Positions 5,506 to 14,977 of a stretch of 41,331 nt of DNA are shown here, in pieces; position 1 is the first letter of the stretch; each line of letters begins with the position of its first letter. Source of the DNA: a virus. Both the position numbers and the translations under genes were made by a program. The stretch spans positions 1 through 41,331 of IMG/VR virus record IMGVR_UViG_3300045988_081349; one strand, given 5' to 3'. Under the pieces are notes generated by a model. The model was not told the origin of the DNA, did no database searches, and was given only the letters and a program-made list of their open reading frames with translations.

Positions 5506-5893
5506 GAAATGGTTAGCCGGAGAAGATGGCGGTGTAAGAGCCGACCTGAGCGGAGCCGACCTGAGCGGAGCCGACCTGAGCGGAGCCGACCTGAGCGGAG
5601 CCGACCTGAGAGGAGCCGACCTGAGAAGAGCCGACCTGAGAGGAGCCGACCTGAGAAGAGCCGACCTGAGCGGAGCCGACCTGAGAGGAGCCGACCTGGA
5701 CTTTTCCTGCTGGCCATTGTGGTGTGGAGGTCTTGCGGTCAAGGTGTGCAAGCGTATTGCCGTGCAATTGGCATACCACTTTTGCAAGCTGGATTGTGAT
5801 GACCCAGAGTATATAGCGGCTCGTAATGCGATACTTGATTTTGCAAATCAGTTCCACCGCGTAGGTGAGTGCGGAAAACTAGAAAAAAGATAG
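5465..5893 (+). CDS. Pentapeptide-repeat protein (Qnr/MfpA-like fold class)
   Basis: A 142-aa ORF with RBS AGGAGG. About 11 consecutive ADL(S/R)(G/R) pentapeptides are present. The N-terminus [21 protein letters not shown] is typical of this family. Confidence 0.85.
   Translation: MYKEELQEILKKHKKWLAGEDGGVRADLSGADLSGADLSGADLSGADLRGADLRRADLRGADLRRADLSGADLRGADLDFSCWPLWCGGLAVKVCKRIAVQLAYHFCKLDCDDPEYIAARNAILDFANQFHRVGECGKLEKR
5541..5700 (+). repeat. About 10.6 tandem copies of a 15-bp unit (CCGACCTGAGCGGAG and variants)
   Basis: The copies are near-perfect at the DNA level and in frame within the pentapeptide gene. All six frames are open across the repeat, which creates spurious ORFs. Confidence 0.95.
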
Positions 5894-5905
5894 GGAGGAG
5901 TAACT

Positions 5906-6187
5906 ATGGGTAAATTAAAAACAGATGGCGATATCATGGTATATCTACGCAACATGCGCATTGCGCTGCAAAAGATATCGGCGCAGACAGGGCTAAGTAT
6001 AGATATCCGCGCCACACCAGATGGGTATGCATATGTATATGCTGGGGACTATACGGCGACACAATTTCGTGATGGGCACGAAAAGTACGAATACCGGCCA
6101 AAAGACATTGAAAAATGGGAACGTATAAAACCTGGACAGGTAACGTTTGGAAAAGCCCCTGGCGCCGACAAGCAATCAGGGACTTGA
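5906..6187 (+). CDS. Hypothetical early protein
   Basis: A 93-aa ORF with RBS GGGAGGAG. Confidence 0.65.
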   Translation: MGKLKTDGDIMVYLRNMRIALQKISAQTGLSIDIRATPDGYAYVYAGDYTATQFRDGHEKYEYRPKDIEKWERIKPGQVTFGKAPGADKQSGT

Positions 6188-6244
6188 TAAAAATAACTCA
6201 CCCTCATTATAGAGGGAAGATAGGAGGAAAGTCAAGGAGAAGAA

Positions 6245-6430
6245 ATGAAGAAAAAAGACACAAATAAAAACTATCACAGATGTGAGACTTGCGACCACTG
6301 CATCCCCATCGGAGAGGGAGACCATATCTGCGACGAGACCGGGATACCGGTATTTGTGATTGAGGATTATGAGCCGGGGGCAAAGTACCTCTGGTGTGGC
6401 GGGAGACGTTACCAGAAGGGAGGAAAATAA
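6245..6430 (+). CDS. Hypothetical small Cys/His-rich protein
   Basis: A 61-aa ORF with RBS AAGGAG, containing CETCDHC..HICDE. Confidence 0.6.
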   Translation: MKKKDTNKNYHRCETCDHCIPIGEGDHICDETGIPVFVIEDYEPGAKYLWCGGRRYQKGGK

Positions 6431-6432
6431 GA

Positions 6433-6627
6433 ATGAATAAGAAAGCGTTTGAAATCCAGGCAGGTAATACAGTTTTAGTGGAGTACGGTGTACCAGATAA
6501 TTACGTCCCATTTAAGGTGCGGGCAGTGTATGCGACTGAATCTAAGGTTGTGCTCACTGCAGAATCAAAAGTAGGGAATGAGACCTTTGTGCTCCGCCCG
6601 GAGGAAGAGTTGCTGGTGCTACCATGA
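6433..6627 (+). CDS. Hypothetical protein
   Basis: The start MNKKAF is preceded by GGGAGG. The stop overlaps the next start. Confidence 0.6.
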   Translation: MNKKAFEIQAGNTVLVEYGVPDNYVPFKVRAVYATESKVVLTAESKVGNETFVLRPEEELLVLP

Positions 6628-7283
6628 GTGAGCAGTACATAATCATCGACAATGCTGATCATGCCGAATGGCTGCAGGCCCGGAGTTATGGAATTGGCGG
6701 TTCAGATGCTTCTGCCATCATTGGGATGAATCCTTACAAGACCAACATAGAGCTTTTTGAGGAGAAGACGGGGCGCAGGCTTCCAGAGGATATCTCAGAC
6801 AAGCCTTATGTACGGTATGGCACGATGGCAGAGCCACTTATTCGTCAACTCTTTGTACTGGATTATCCAGAGTACCAGGTAGAGTATCACGAAAACAGGA
6901 TATTGCGGCGCAGAGAATACCCGTTCTTGCAAGCGTCTCTGGATGGGGAACTGACTGACCATGAAGGGAGAAGAGGCATTTTGGAGATTAAGACCACGAA
7001 TATATTGCAGTCCATGCAGTATGAGAAGTGGAAAGACCGCATACCAGATAATTATTATATCCAGGTCTTACACTATTTACTGGTCACGGGTTATCAGTTT
7101 GTAGTGCTTCGGGCACACCTGATCAGCAACTGGGGACAGGATAAACGGACGACAGCGAAACATTATTTTATAGAGCGATCAGATGTTGAGAATGATCTGG
7201 ACATGCTCCTTCGAGAGGAGCAGAAGTTCTGGCAGTATGTGGAGAGCGGCAGGAAACCACCTTTGATACTGCCGGAGATATAG
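6624..7283 (+). CDS. YqaJ-like / lambda-Exo-type recombination exonuclease
   Basis: The 219-aa product contains EWLQARSYGIGGSDASAIIGMNPYKT..ELFEEKTG and LEIKT, consistent with a PD-(D/E)xK exonuclease. The gene lies upstream of RecT. Confidence 0.85.
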   Translation: MSEQYIIIDNADHAEWLQARSYGIGGSDASAIIGMNPYKTNIELFEEKTGRRLPEDISDKPYVRYGTMAEPLIRQLFVLDYPEYQVEYHENRILRRREYPFLQASLDGELTDHEGRRGILEIKTTNILQSMQYEKWKDRIPDNYYIQVLHYLLVTGYQFVVLRAHLISNWGQDKRTTAKHYFIERSDVENDLDMLLREEQKFWQYVESGRKPPLILPEI

Positions 7284-7295
7284 AGGAGGAAAGTC

Positions 7296-8174
7296 ATGGA
7301 ATTAAGAATCGCAACCCAAATGGATCCTGGCGTATTGCCGGAAGTCCAGTGGAACAATGAGGAGTTAAAGAAAGAAATCGCTGAAAAAGCGACGGAGTAT
7401 AAGAACATCGCCTACACGGCTGAACAGTCCACGGATATGAGGAAAGACCGGGCAAAGCTGAACGCTCTGGTGAAAGCCTTTGAAGACCAGCGGAAACGTG
7501 TTAAGAAATTTTATAATGAACCGTATACAAAGTTTGAAGACCAGGTAAAAGAGGTTCTGGCTCCGGCCCGTGAAGCGATCGCGCTGATCGATAAAGGACT
7601 GGATGAGATCGAAAAGAAATACAGGGCAGACTGTAAAGAAAAAATGCAGGAACTGTACGAAAAGTATGTAGGCGACCTGAAAGAATTGGTGCCATTTTCC
7701 CGTACCGTGAAAGAAGAATACTATAAAAAGGCTTTCACAGACAAGAAACTGGAACAGGCGTACATAGACTTCTTTGGCCGGATACGGGAGGATATGAAAG
7801 CCCTTGATGGGTTGCCGGAAAGGTTCAGGGACAAAGCACTTTTAAAATATGTGGAATTCTTCAGCCTGTCCGAAGCCCTTCGGGAGGGAAAAAGGTTAGA
7901 AGAACTGGAAAAAGTCATGGAGGAACGCAGAAAGAAACAAGAGGCTGAAAGGGCTGCAAGAGAAGCAGAAAGATGTCAGAAAACATCTACGACAGTGCGT
8001 CCGGTACAGGAAACACAGCGGGCAGTCAAAACCATGGAATCTAAACCTGTAGAACCAAAGGTAGAAGAACCGCTTATGAGCCTGGATTTTCGGGCGTGGG
8101 GCACAAAAGCGCAGCTCATGGGCCTGCGGCAGTACATGATCGACAATAATATCAAATTTGGAAAGGTGGAGTAG
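7296..8174 (+). CDS. DUF1351-like phage protein (recombination-module accessory)
   Basis: A 292-aa ORF between the exonuclease and RecT. It has a charged coiled-coil composition. The N-terminal pattern P.V.WN.EELKKEI..K..EYK and the downstream DRAKLNAL match DUF1351 as I recall it. Confidence 0.55.
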   Translation: MELRIATQMDPGVLPEVQWNNEELKKEIAEKATEYKNIAYTAEQSTDMRKDRAKLNALVKAFEDQRKRVKKFYNEPYTKFEDQVKEVLAPAREAIALIDKGLDEIEKKYRADCKEKMQELYEKYVGDLKELVPFSRTVKEEYYKKAFTDKKLEQAYIDFFGRIREDMKALDGLPERFRDKALLKYVEFFSLSEALREGKRLEELEKVMEERRKKQEAERAAREAERCQKTSTTVRPVQETQRAVKTMESKPVEPKVEEPLMSLDFRAWGTKAQLMGLRQYMIDNNIKFGKVE

Positions 8175-8176
8175 AT

Positions 8177-9115
8177 ATGGCAGTAGGAAACAGCCTGGCG
8201 AACAGGCAGGCAAAGACAGGGCTTACCGCGTACCTGACACAGGATGCAGTTAAGCGCCAGATCAACAGCGTAGTAGGCGGAAAGAATGGCACCCGGTTTA
8301 TATCCAGCATTGTATCGGCGGTACAGACTACACCGGCACTGCAGGAGTGCACGAATCCCAGCATTCTGTCTGCAGCACTTCTAGGGGAGGCTTTGAATCT
8401 CTCCCCATCCCCTCAATTGGGACAGTATTATTTGGTGCCATTTAACAATAGGAAGAAAGGTTGTAAAGAAGCCCAGTTTCAGTTGGGATATAAAGGATAT
8501 ATCCAGTTGGCGATACGGTCAGGTTATTATAAGAAACTGAATGTGCTGCCTATCAAAGAGGGGGAGCTTGTGCAGTATAATCCTCTGGACGAAGAGATTG
8601 AGGTCAATCTGATAGAAGATGATTTGATCAGGGAGGAGACACCGACAGTTGGCTATTACGCCATGTTTGAATATGAGAATGGTTTCCGCAAGACAATGTA
8701 CTGGACGAAAAGAAAGATGATGGCCCATGCAGATAAATATTCTGCCGCTTTTCATGCTACTGATATGGAGCATATTGAAAAGGGGGAGATATCGGAAAAA
8801 GATATGTGGAAATATTCCTCTTTCTGGTATAAGGATTTCGACGGTATGGCAATGAAGACCATGCTCCGGCAGTTGATATCCAAATGGGGAATCATGAGTA
8901 TTGATCTACAGACTGCGATAGAGAAGGACATGGCAGTGATTAATGAGGATGGAAACCCAGAATATATCGAAAATGAAGAACAGGACGATAATGTGGCGGC
9001 GGAACAGGAGTACCGGGAAGCGGCGCCACAGGATGAACGGGAGCAGGCGGAAACCTCTCCGCAGGAGCCTGAGGGGCAAATGAGCATGGAAGATGAATTT
9101 TTCCGTGGATTATAA
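8177..9115 (+). CDS. recT: RecT-family single-strand annealing recombinase
   Basis: The 312-aa product contains QLGYKGYIQLAIRSGYYKKLNV. It is paired with the YqaJ exonuclease and has an acidic C-terminal tail. Confidence 0.85.
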   Translation: MAVGNSLANRQAKTGLTAYLTQDAVKRQINSVVGGKNGTRFISSIVSAVQTTPALQECTNPSILSAALLGEALNLSPSPQLGQYYLVPFNNRKKGCKEAQFQLGYKGYIQLAIRSGYYKKLNVLPIKEGELVQYNPLDEEIEVNLIEDDLIREETPTVGYYAMFEYENGFRKTMYWTKRKMMAHADKYSAAFHATDMEHIEKGEISEKDMWKYSSFWYKDFDGMAMKTMLRQLISKWGIMSIDLQTAIEKDMAVINEDGNPEYIENEEQDDNVAAEQEYREAAPQDEREQAETSPQEPEGQMSMEDEFFRGL

Positions 9116-9197
9116 GGAGTTCCGGCCTTGTGCCTGAATGATATATCACAATACACACAGCGGCCCCGATCAAGCTGGGCCGCGGAAAGGAGCAACT

Positions 9198-9662
9198 ATG
9201 AAACACATGAATATGGAGGAGTTTGCAAACGGCGCCTTCACATCACAGATCAACCGGGAATTGGAGAAAGTGACAGAGAATATCCAGGACCCGAATACGG
9301 ACGCTACACCAAAGCGGCGCATCACTGTTGTCATCGAGTTTAAGCCTAATGATGCCCGTAATTTTGTTACCACGGGAGTCCAGGCGAAATCTACTCTGGC
9401 ACCTGCTCTGGGAGCTGTGACGGCTCTCAACATGGGTAAGAACCTGAAGACCGGAGAAGTGGAGGCCGTGGAGATTGGCAACCAGATCCCGGGGCAGATG
9501 TCCATCCAGGACGTGCAGGAAGAGGAAATCACAGAGCCAGACCATGCCGATGAATCCAACGCCATGGTACGCACCGTTGATCAGTCCACGGGAGAGATTT
9601 ATGAGACACCGGTCAGTACCAGTAACAATGTGATTGATTTGAGAGCCGCAAGACAGGCGTAA
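9198..9662 (+). CDS. Hypothetical protein
   Basis: The start MKHMNMEEF has an AGGAG RBS, giving 154 aa. Confidence 0.65.
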   Translation: MKHMNMEEFANGAFTSQINRELEKVTENIQDPNTDATPKRRITVVIEFKPNDARNFVTTGVQAKSTLAPALGAVTALNMGKNLKTGEVEAVEIGNQIPGQMSIQDVQEEEITEPDHADESNAMVRTVDQSTGEIYETPVSTSNNVIDLRAARQA

Positions 9663-9681
9663 TTAAGAGGAGGACAAGAAT

Positions 9682-10416
9682 ATGTTAAAAGAAGCTATGC
9701 AGTATATCGCAGGATTAAAAGAAGCATCCATGGACCCGAAGGTGGTCGAGATAAATGGGAAGACGTATTGTAACAAGGATCTTACGAGATACGATAGAGA
9801 TCCAATGGCGGAGCAGATTGAGGCAACCACCCTTACGGCTATGATAGATTATATCAAATCCTGCAGTAAGGAGCTGCGGGAGACCATGATCATACATGTA
9901 GTAAGTCCCACCTGTGTAAAACTCTACTCAGGGCTGACAGAAGAGCGGAAGAGAGAATACCTGTTTAAATCTTCCGCTATTGTTCCGAAATTTTCTTTCG
10001 ATAACTGGTATGATCAGGAGCGCTTCATCATTGAACTACAGGCAGATTTTGATGTGACACCTGACCTGGAAGCTATCCTGAAAGTATCTGGAAATGTGGA
10101 AGCAAAGACCACGGCAAACTATGGAGATGATGGCGTGAGCCAGAAGACTACCATCAAACAGGGCATTGCGTCCAAAGCAGATGTGCTGGTGCCGAATCCG
10201 GTCACACTGGTGCCATACCGCACATTCCTGGAGGTGGAGCAGCCGCCAAGTGAATTTGTCTTCCGCATCCGGGATGACCGCGGGGAACCGGCATTTAAGA
10301 TCGTGGAGGCAGAAGGCGGCCTGTGGCGTAATGAGGCTATGAACAATATCAAGCAGTATCTCATTGAGGACCTGCAGAATGACCCGGTATATGACCGTAT
10401 CACTATCATTGCATAA
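9682..10416 (+). CDS. Hypothetical protein
   Basis: A 244-aa ORF with RBS GAGGAGG. Confidence 0.7.
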   Translation: MLKEAMQYIAGLKEASMDPKVVEINGKTYCNKDLTRYDRDPMAEQIEATTLTAMIDYIKSCSKELRETMIIHVVSPTCVKLYSGLTEERKREYLFKSSAIVPKFSFDNWYDQERFIIELQADFDVTPDLEAILKVSGNVEAKTTANYGDDGVSQKTTIKQGIASKADVLVPNPVTLVPYRTFLEVEQPPSEFVFRIRDDRGEPAFKIVEAEGGLWRNEAMNNIKQYLIEDLQNDPVYDRITIIA

Positions 10417-10466
10417 TCAGTTTTATTCCCTGCCCTGGAAACGGGGCGGGGAGTCAGGAGAACGAT

Positions 10467-10790
10467 ATGAACAGCAGAATGAAAGGCAAGACAGGAGAGT
10501 TGGAGCTTGCTAAGGTACTAAAGGGATATGGATATAAAGACTGCCGCCGCGGTCAACAATATTGTGGTGCCAGCGGTGATGCGGATGTGGTCGGCCTTCC
10601 GGGGATACATGCCGAGTGCAAAAGAGTAGAAAAGCTCAATATCTACCAGGCTGTTACTCAGGCACAGGCAGACTGCAAAGAAAACAAGCTTCCTACGGTA
10701 TTTCACCGCAAGAATAGGCAGCCGTGGCTGGTCACAATGACTATAGACGACTGGATGAAGCTATATAAGGCGGCGGGAAAACTGCTGTAA
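10467..10790 (+). CDS. Small PD-(D/E)xK nuclease, probable Holliday-junction resolvase (Hjc-like)
   Basis: The 107-aa product contains GKTGELELAKVLKGYGY ... GDADVVGLPGIHAECK, giving the G..GE / D / E.K motif order. Confidence 0.55.
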   Translation: MNSRMKGKTGELELAKVLKGYGYKDCRRGQQYCGASGDADVVGLPGIHAECKRVEKLNIYQAVTQAQADCKENKLPTVFHRKNRQPWLVTMTIDDWMKLYKAAGKLL

Positions 10791-10803
10791 GACAGGAAAG
10801 TGG

Positions 10804-11703
10804 GTGGTCAGATTGGCACGTGGTGCCCCGAATAAACGAGGACTTGACTACTTTCCGAAGATGGTTGATTTTTATGAAGATGATAAAATCTTCGATTTAC
10901 TGGACCGCTATGGTCCACTGGGTGTGACCGTGTATGACTGTATCTTATGCATAGTATACAGACACGGATACTACGCAGAGATCCCCTTGGATAAGCTATC
11001 TCGAATGATCACTAAGATGATCGGGAACAAGTGGGTGAAGAATAGCAAGGTTGTCGTGCAAGTGGTGCACTTTTGCTCTGAGATAGGTCTCCTGGATGAT
11101 GACCTCATGACGAAAAACATCATCACCTCTGTTGGAATTCAGAAAAGGTTTTACAAGATAGCGGTAAAGCTGATGAAAAGACAGCTCTATAGTGAAGAGT
11201 ATTGGCTCCTCGAAAAAGAGGAAAAAGAGGAGCCTTTATTAAATTCACCCCAAAATGGAATTACTTCGGAAGAAAATACAATTGATTCTGAAGTAATTCT
11301 AAAATCTTCGGAAGAAAGTCATATAAAAGAAAAGGAAACTAAAATAAATAATATATATATGGCTCCGCCGGATAAATCCTTTTCAGCAGAATTGGAGAAG
11401 ACTTTCCAACTTTTTGTAGTCTGTAGACAGCAGAACGGTCAGTCTTTGAATGCAGAGCAGATACGGCTATTGAGAGAAGAACTTTGTAATCTGTCAGATA
11501 AGGATACTGAACGCATTGCCATTGTGAAGAAAGCAACGGTCAGTAATTGGAAAAGCTTTTATCCTTTGAAGAAACAAGGAAGGGAGACGGAGCCAAAAAA
11601 GAAGACAAATTTCAGCAACTTCCACGGACGTGATTATGATGTTCAGAGCCTGGAAAAACAACTACTGAACAGTCAGAAGGGAGGAAAAGACCATGGACAG
11701 TAG
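10804..11703 (+). CDS. DUF4373 (Lin1244/Lin1753-like) replication organizer / DnaD-like protein
   Basis: The N-terminus reads LDYFPKMVDFYEDDKIFDLLDRYGPLGVTVYDCILCIVYRHGYY. The start codon (GTG 10804) is uncertain. Confidence 0.65.
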   Translation: MVRLARGAPNKRGLDYFPKMVDFYEDDKIFDLLDRYGPLGVTVYDCILCIVYRHGYYAEIPLDKLSRMITKMIGNKWVKNSKVVVQVVHFCSEIGLLDDDLMTKNIITSVGIQKRFYKIAVKLMKRQLYSEEYWLLEKEEKEEPLLNSPQNGITSEENTIDSEVILKSSEESHIKEKETKINNIYMAPPDKSFSAELEKTFQLFVVCRQQNGQSLNAEQIRLLREELCNLSDKDTERIAIVKKATVSNWKSFYPLKKQGRETEPKKKTNFSNFHGRDYDVQSLEKQLLNSQKGGKDHGQ

Positions 11704-12232
11704 AGTACAAACCGTAGAAATTGACCATGACAAGCTGTGCAGGTATATCAGGGACACCTTGCACATGACATTGATAGATTTCAGCTACTCGATTGGGAAA
11801 AGTAAGAGCTATATATCTGGCCTTGCACGGAATCCGAAGGTACCAGGTGCCGTATACAGCCTGATTTGTGAGAAATGCAGGGTACCATTTTCTTATTTTG
11901 AGGCGGCGCCACAGGAAGAGAGACAGAAGTCTCAGGAGCAGACATTCGTCAACTCGGAATTGCTCCTCATGCTGAAAAGCCTGTCGGATAGTATGATTGC
12001 AATGGATAAGCTATCTATGTCAGATTATGACAGGGCTGAGACGTATCTCAAAGCCTCACTGGCAGATGGAGACAGGATAGCGTCTGATATCCTTGCCAAT
12101 GCGGAGGCAGAGGGAATCAAAACTGCGGAGCTCATGAGGGCCAAGAATCGGATGGGGATCCGGGCCTATACTACGGGATATGGGAAAAGCCAGAAAAAAT
12201 GGTGGGGATATAAGGAAGGCGGTATTAAATGA
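11693..12232 (+). CDS. HTH DNA-binding protein (XRE-like N-terminus)
   Basis: A 179-aa ORF with RBS GGAGG. The HTH-like segment is LIDFSYSIGKSKSYISGLARN. Confidence 0.55.
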   Translation: MDSRVQTVEIDHDKLCRYIRDTLHMTLIDFSYSIGKSKSYISGLARNPKVPGAVYSLICEKCRVPFSYFEAAPQEERQKSQEQTFVNSELLLMLKSLSDSMIAMDKLSMSDYDRAETYLKASLADGDRIASDILANAEAEGIKTAELMRAKNRMGIRAYTTGYGKSQKKWWGYKEGGIK

Positions 12233-12409
12233 AACATTTATATAACACTGGGAAAATACAGATGAACACAAATGGCAAGGCTGGAAATATGAATGTATTT
12301 CTATTTGCCGGAACTAAAAAGAAAAAACGGCGCATTAAACACGGAAAATAAATCTGAGAAAGGAGCCAGCCTCCGACCGGGGTAAGGGTATACCGGGTTT
12401 CTGAAATAT

Positions 12410-13786
12410 ATGAGAGATTTGATTATAGATTGCTTCGCCGGTGGTGGCGGGGCAAGCGTAGGAATAGAGATGGCATTAGGCCGTCAGGTAGATATAGCGA
12501 TTAATCATGATGAGCAGGCCATAAGGATGCACAAAACCAATCATCCGGGCACATTGCATCTGACAGAGGATATTTTTAAGGTGGATCTGGAAAAGTATGT
12601 AAAAGGCCAGCATGTAGCGCTCATGTGGGCAAGCCCAGACTGTACCAGTCACAGCAAAGCGAAAGGTGGCGCTCCTATTAAGAGTGGCTTAAGGATTCTT
12701 CCGTGGGCTGTGCATAAACACGCTGTCAATATCAAGCCTGATGTAATTATCATGGAAAATGTAGAGGAGATACGCCAGTGGGGCCCATTAAATAAAAAAG
12801 GACGTCCAATAAAGAAAAAGAAATGCAAAGAGTATCAAAAGTTTATGAAAAAAATGTATCTTGCAGGATATGAAAAAATCCAAACAAGAGAACTTGTAGC
12901 AGCAGACTATGGAGCGCCGACAACTCGCAAGCGCTGGTATGCAATTCTTCGGCGGGATGGAAAGCCGATAATCTGGCCAGAGCCTACACACAGTAAAACG
13001 GGTAGTGACGGTAAGCAGAGATGGAAACAATGTGGAGATTTCATTGATTGGTCAGACCTCGGTAAGTCCATATTTGACCGTCCGAAACCGCTTGCAGATG
13101 CTACCATGAAAAGGATTGCTAACGGGTATGTTAAATATGTGGTAAACAATACAGAACCATATATGGTCAAAAGCAAAGACGCTGTTTCGTTTCTGATTCA
13201 ATACCACGGAGAAACAAAACTGGGAGATTCCAGGGGACAACTCCTGGCAGAACCAATTAAAACAATAGACACCAGTAACAGATATGGCTTGGTCACGGCA
13301 TTTATAACAAAGTTCTATAAAACAGGAATTGGACAAGGGTGTGACGAACCACTTCATACGATTACAACATCGCCGGGTCATTTTGGTTTGATTTCAGCTT
13401 TCCTGATTAAGTATTACGGAACAGGATGCGGCCAGGAACTTTCTTCTCCGCTTGGGACTGTAACTACCAAGGACAGGTTTGGCCTTGTGAATGTGGTCAC
13501 AGAAATAAATGGAGAAAAGTATATTTTGATGGATATATACCTTCGGATGCTCAAACCAGAGGAATTGAAGGTGATGCAGGGATTTCCGGTGGACTACATT
13601 ATTGACCGGGATCACGACTGGAAACCATATCCTAAATCGGAGCAGGTTAAACGTATTGGAAACAGTGTTGTACCAATCATGGCGGAGGCTTTGGTAAGCG
13701 CAAACTGCGGATATCTTAAAGTGGGAGAACGGCAGCCAGCGCCTACGATTTATGTACAGACGAATGGGCAGGTGGCGTTTGGATGA
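12410..13786 (+). CDS. DNA (cytosine-5) methyltransferase, orphan
   Basis: The motifs appear in canonical order: DCFAGGGG (I), SPDCTSHS (IV, catalytic Cys), IMENV (VI), QGFP (VIII), GNSVVP (X). No restriction enzyme gene lies adjacent. Confidence 0.9.
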   Translation: MRDLIIDCFAGGGGASVGIEMALGRQVDIAINHDEQAIRMHKTNHPGTLHLTEDIFKVDLEKYVKGQHVALMWASPDCTSHSKAKGGAPIKSGLRILPWAVHKHAVNIKPDVIIMENVEEIRQWGPLNKKGRPIKKKKCKEYQKFMKKMYLAGYEKIQTRELVAADYGAPTTRKRWYAILRRDGKPIIWPEPTHSKTGSDGKQRWKQCGDFIDWSDLGKSIFDRPKPLADATMKRIANGYVKYVVNNTEPYMVKSKDAVSFLIQYHGETKLGDSRGQLLAEPIKTIDTSNRYGLVTAFITKFYKTGIGQGCDEPLHTITTSPGHFGLISAFLIKYYGTGCGQELSSPLGTVTTKDRFGLVNVVTEINGEKYILMDIYLRMLKPEELKVMQGFPVDYIIDRDHDWKPYPKSEQVKRIGNSVVPIMAEALVSANCGYLKVGERQPAPTIYVQTNGQVAFG

Positions 13787-13980
13787 TAGTATCAGGACAG
13801 ATATCAATATCGGAATACCTACAGGACAGGGACAATATAACCTTTGGAGGTTGCGGCCAGTGTGTTTGCCGGAACGCAACGGGAGTGCCGCGCCATATGC
13901 GGATGCCAGTCGGGGGCATTGATTGGGCTGTATGCCAAAGCTGGGAGCCAGTACCGACAATTAAATTCGAGGTGAAATAA
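13783..13980 (+). CDS. Hypothetical Cys-rich small protein
   Basis: A 65-aa ORF with an ATGA start/stop overlap with the methyltransferase. Confidence 0.55.
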   Translation: MIVSGQISISEYLQDRDNITFGGCGQCVCRNATGVPRHMRMPVGGIDWAVCQSWEPVPTIKFEVK

Positions 13981-13981
13981 G

Positions 13982-14182
13982 ATGGAGCATAATTATGAGA
14001 ACTGTCACAATATGAGTTGTAAGAGAAAAAGCGAAAAATTTGGGATGCTGTTAGCTTATCAATCTGTAAAAGAAGAAATGGATACGATAAAGGCCGAATT
14101 ATCAAGAAAAGGGATTGAAGAGCCGAAAGGTTTCTCAGTTTTAGCAGGATTCATCGAAGACAGTCTTAGGCAGTTAGACTGA
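13982..14182 (+). CDS. Hypothetical small protein
   Basis: A 66-aa ORF with RBS GAGGTGA. Confidence 0.55.
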   Translation: MEHNYENCHNMSCKRKSEKFGMLLAYQSVKEEMDTIKAELSRKGIEEPKGFSVLAGFIEDSLRQLD

Positions 14183-14263
14183 TTGGAGGATAACTATGAG
14201 TAGAGTGTTACCGAAAAATGTTAGAAGAGTATGGAGATTTGACCAACTAAGGGAGGACGAACA

Positions 14264-14452
14264 TTGAAAAACAGTGAAGGCTATCCCGACCCGACGGCCA
14301 GCAAGGCGATCCATGAGGCGGACAGGCTGCCTAAACACATCATGGACGTGGTACATACACTCAAGCTGGTTGCAGGGATGGTGGGATTGAGGATTAAAAA
14401 ATTGGAGCTGGAGGACCGGAAGAGCGGGAAACGGTACTGGTACGGGAGGTGA
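14264..14452 (+). CDS. Hypothetical small protein (EGYPDPTA motif)
   Basis: A 62-aa ORF with a TTG start preceded by GGGAGG. Confidence 0.55.
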   Translation: MKNSEGYPDPTASKAIHEADRLPKHIMDVVHTLKLVAGMVGLRIKKLELEDRKSGKRYWYGR

Positions 14453-14458
14453 GCGCCA

Positions 14459-14893
14459 ATGGAAAAGTTATCTGAATCTGAAAAGAAAAAGCGGTATCTC
14501 AGAGAATATAGAAAGTCGGTCAGCCGCTTAAAACGTCTGTGGGCGGAGCTGGCGGAAGTAAAGAGCATGAAAGCAAGTATATCCGTAAACAACGATGGGA
14601 TGCCGCATGGTGATGGACAGAGTGATTTGTCAGGATACGCTGCTAGCCTGGACGAATTGGAGAGGGAAATTGTATCTGAAAGATACCAGCGGATAATGAA
14701 ATACCAGGAAATCAAGACATGCATTGATGCATTGGAAGATAGTAGGGAGAGTGATGTGTTATTTTATCGGTATGTCAAGGGGCTTGACTGGTGGAAAATT
14801 GCGGATAAAATGGGATATACGGAAAGATGGGTTCTGAAATTACATGGAAAAGCATTGGCTCATCTTAAAATTTCGGAAAAGAGTTCATTGTAA
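14459..14893 (+). CDS. Late-gene transcriptional activator, sigma-70 region-4-like (DUF1492/ArpU/RinA class)
   Basis: The C-terminal HTH reads VLFYRYVKGLDWWKIADKMGYTERWVLKLHGKALAHL. The gene is the last one before the packaging module. Confidence 0.7.
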   Translation: MEKLSESEKKKRYLREYRKSVSRLKRLWAELAEVKSMKASISVNNDGMPHGDGQSDLSGYAASLDELEREIVSERYQRIMKYQEIKTCIDALEDSRESDVLFYRYVKGLDWWKIADKMGYTERWVLKLHGKALAHLKISEKSSL

Positions 14894-14943
14894 TTCACCT
14901 GTCAAGATGTTATTATGATATCATCGAGATTAAGAAACAGAGG

Positions 14944-14977
14944 CACCCGGTTGGCAATATGCTGGCTGGGTGTTTTT
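14944..14977 (+). terminator. Rho-independent terminator between the early and late blocks
   Basis: CACCCGG (14944-14950) pairs with CTGGGTG (14966-14972). TTTTT follows. Confidence 0.6.

Noticed and set aside
5541-5700. Possible CRISPR array or satellite repeat
   Set aside because: The units are contiguous 15-mers with no spacers, in frame inside a coding gene. There are no cas genes or leader.
5341-5857. Several 84-148-aa ORFs on both strands and in alternative frames across 5341-5857 (for example the [10 protein letters not shown].. and [10 protein letters not shown].. translations)
   Set aside because: They are artefacts of the stop-free 15-bp tandem repeat. Only the 5465-5893 frame has a strong RBS, a non-repetitive N- and C-terminus, and a recognised (pentapeptide) repeat.
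13394-13960. 188-aa minus-strand ORF overlapping the methyltransferase 3' end
   Set aside because: It is antisense to a motif-verified gene, has no RBS, and its composition looks non-coding.
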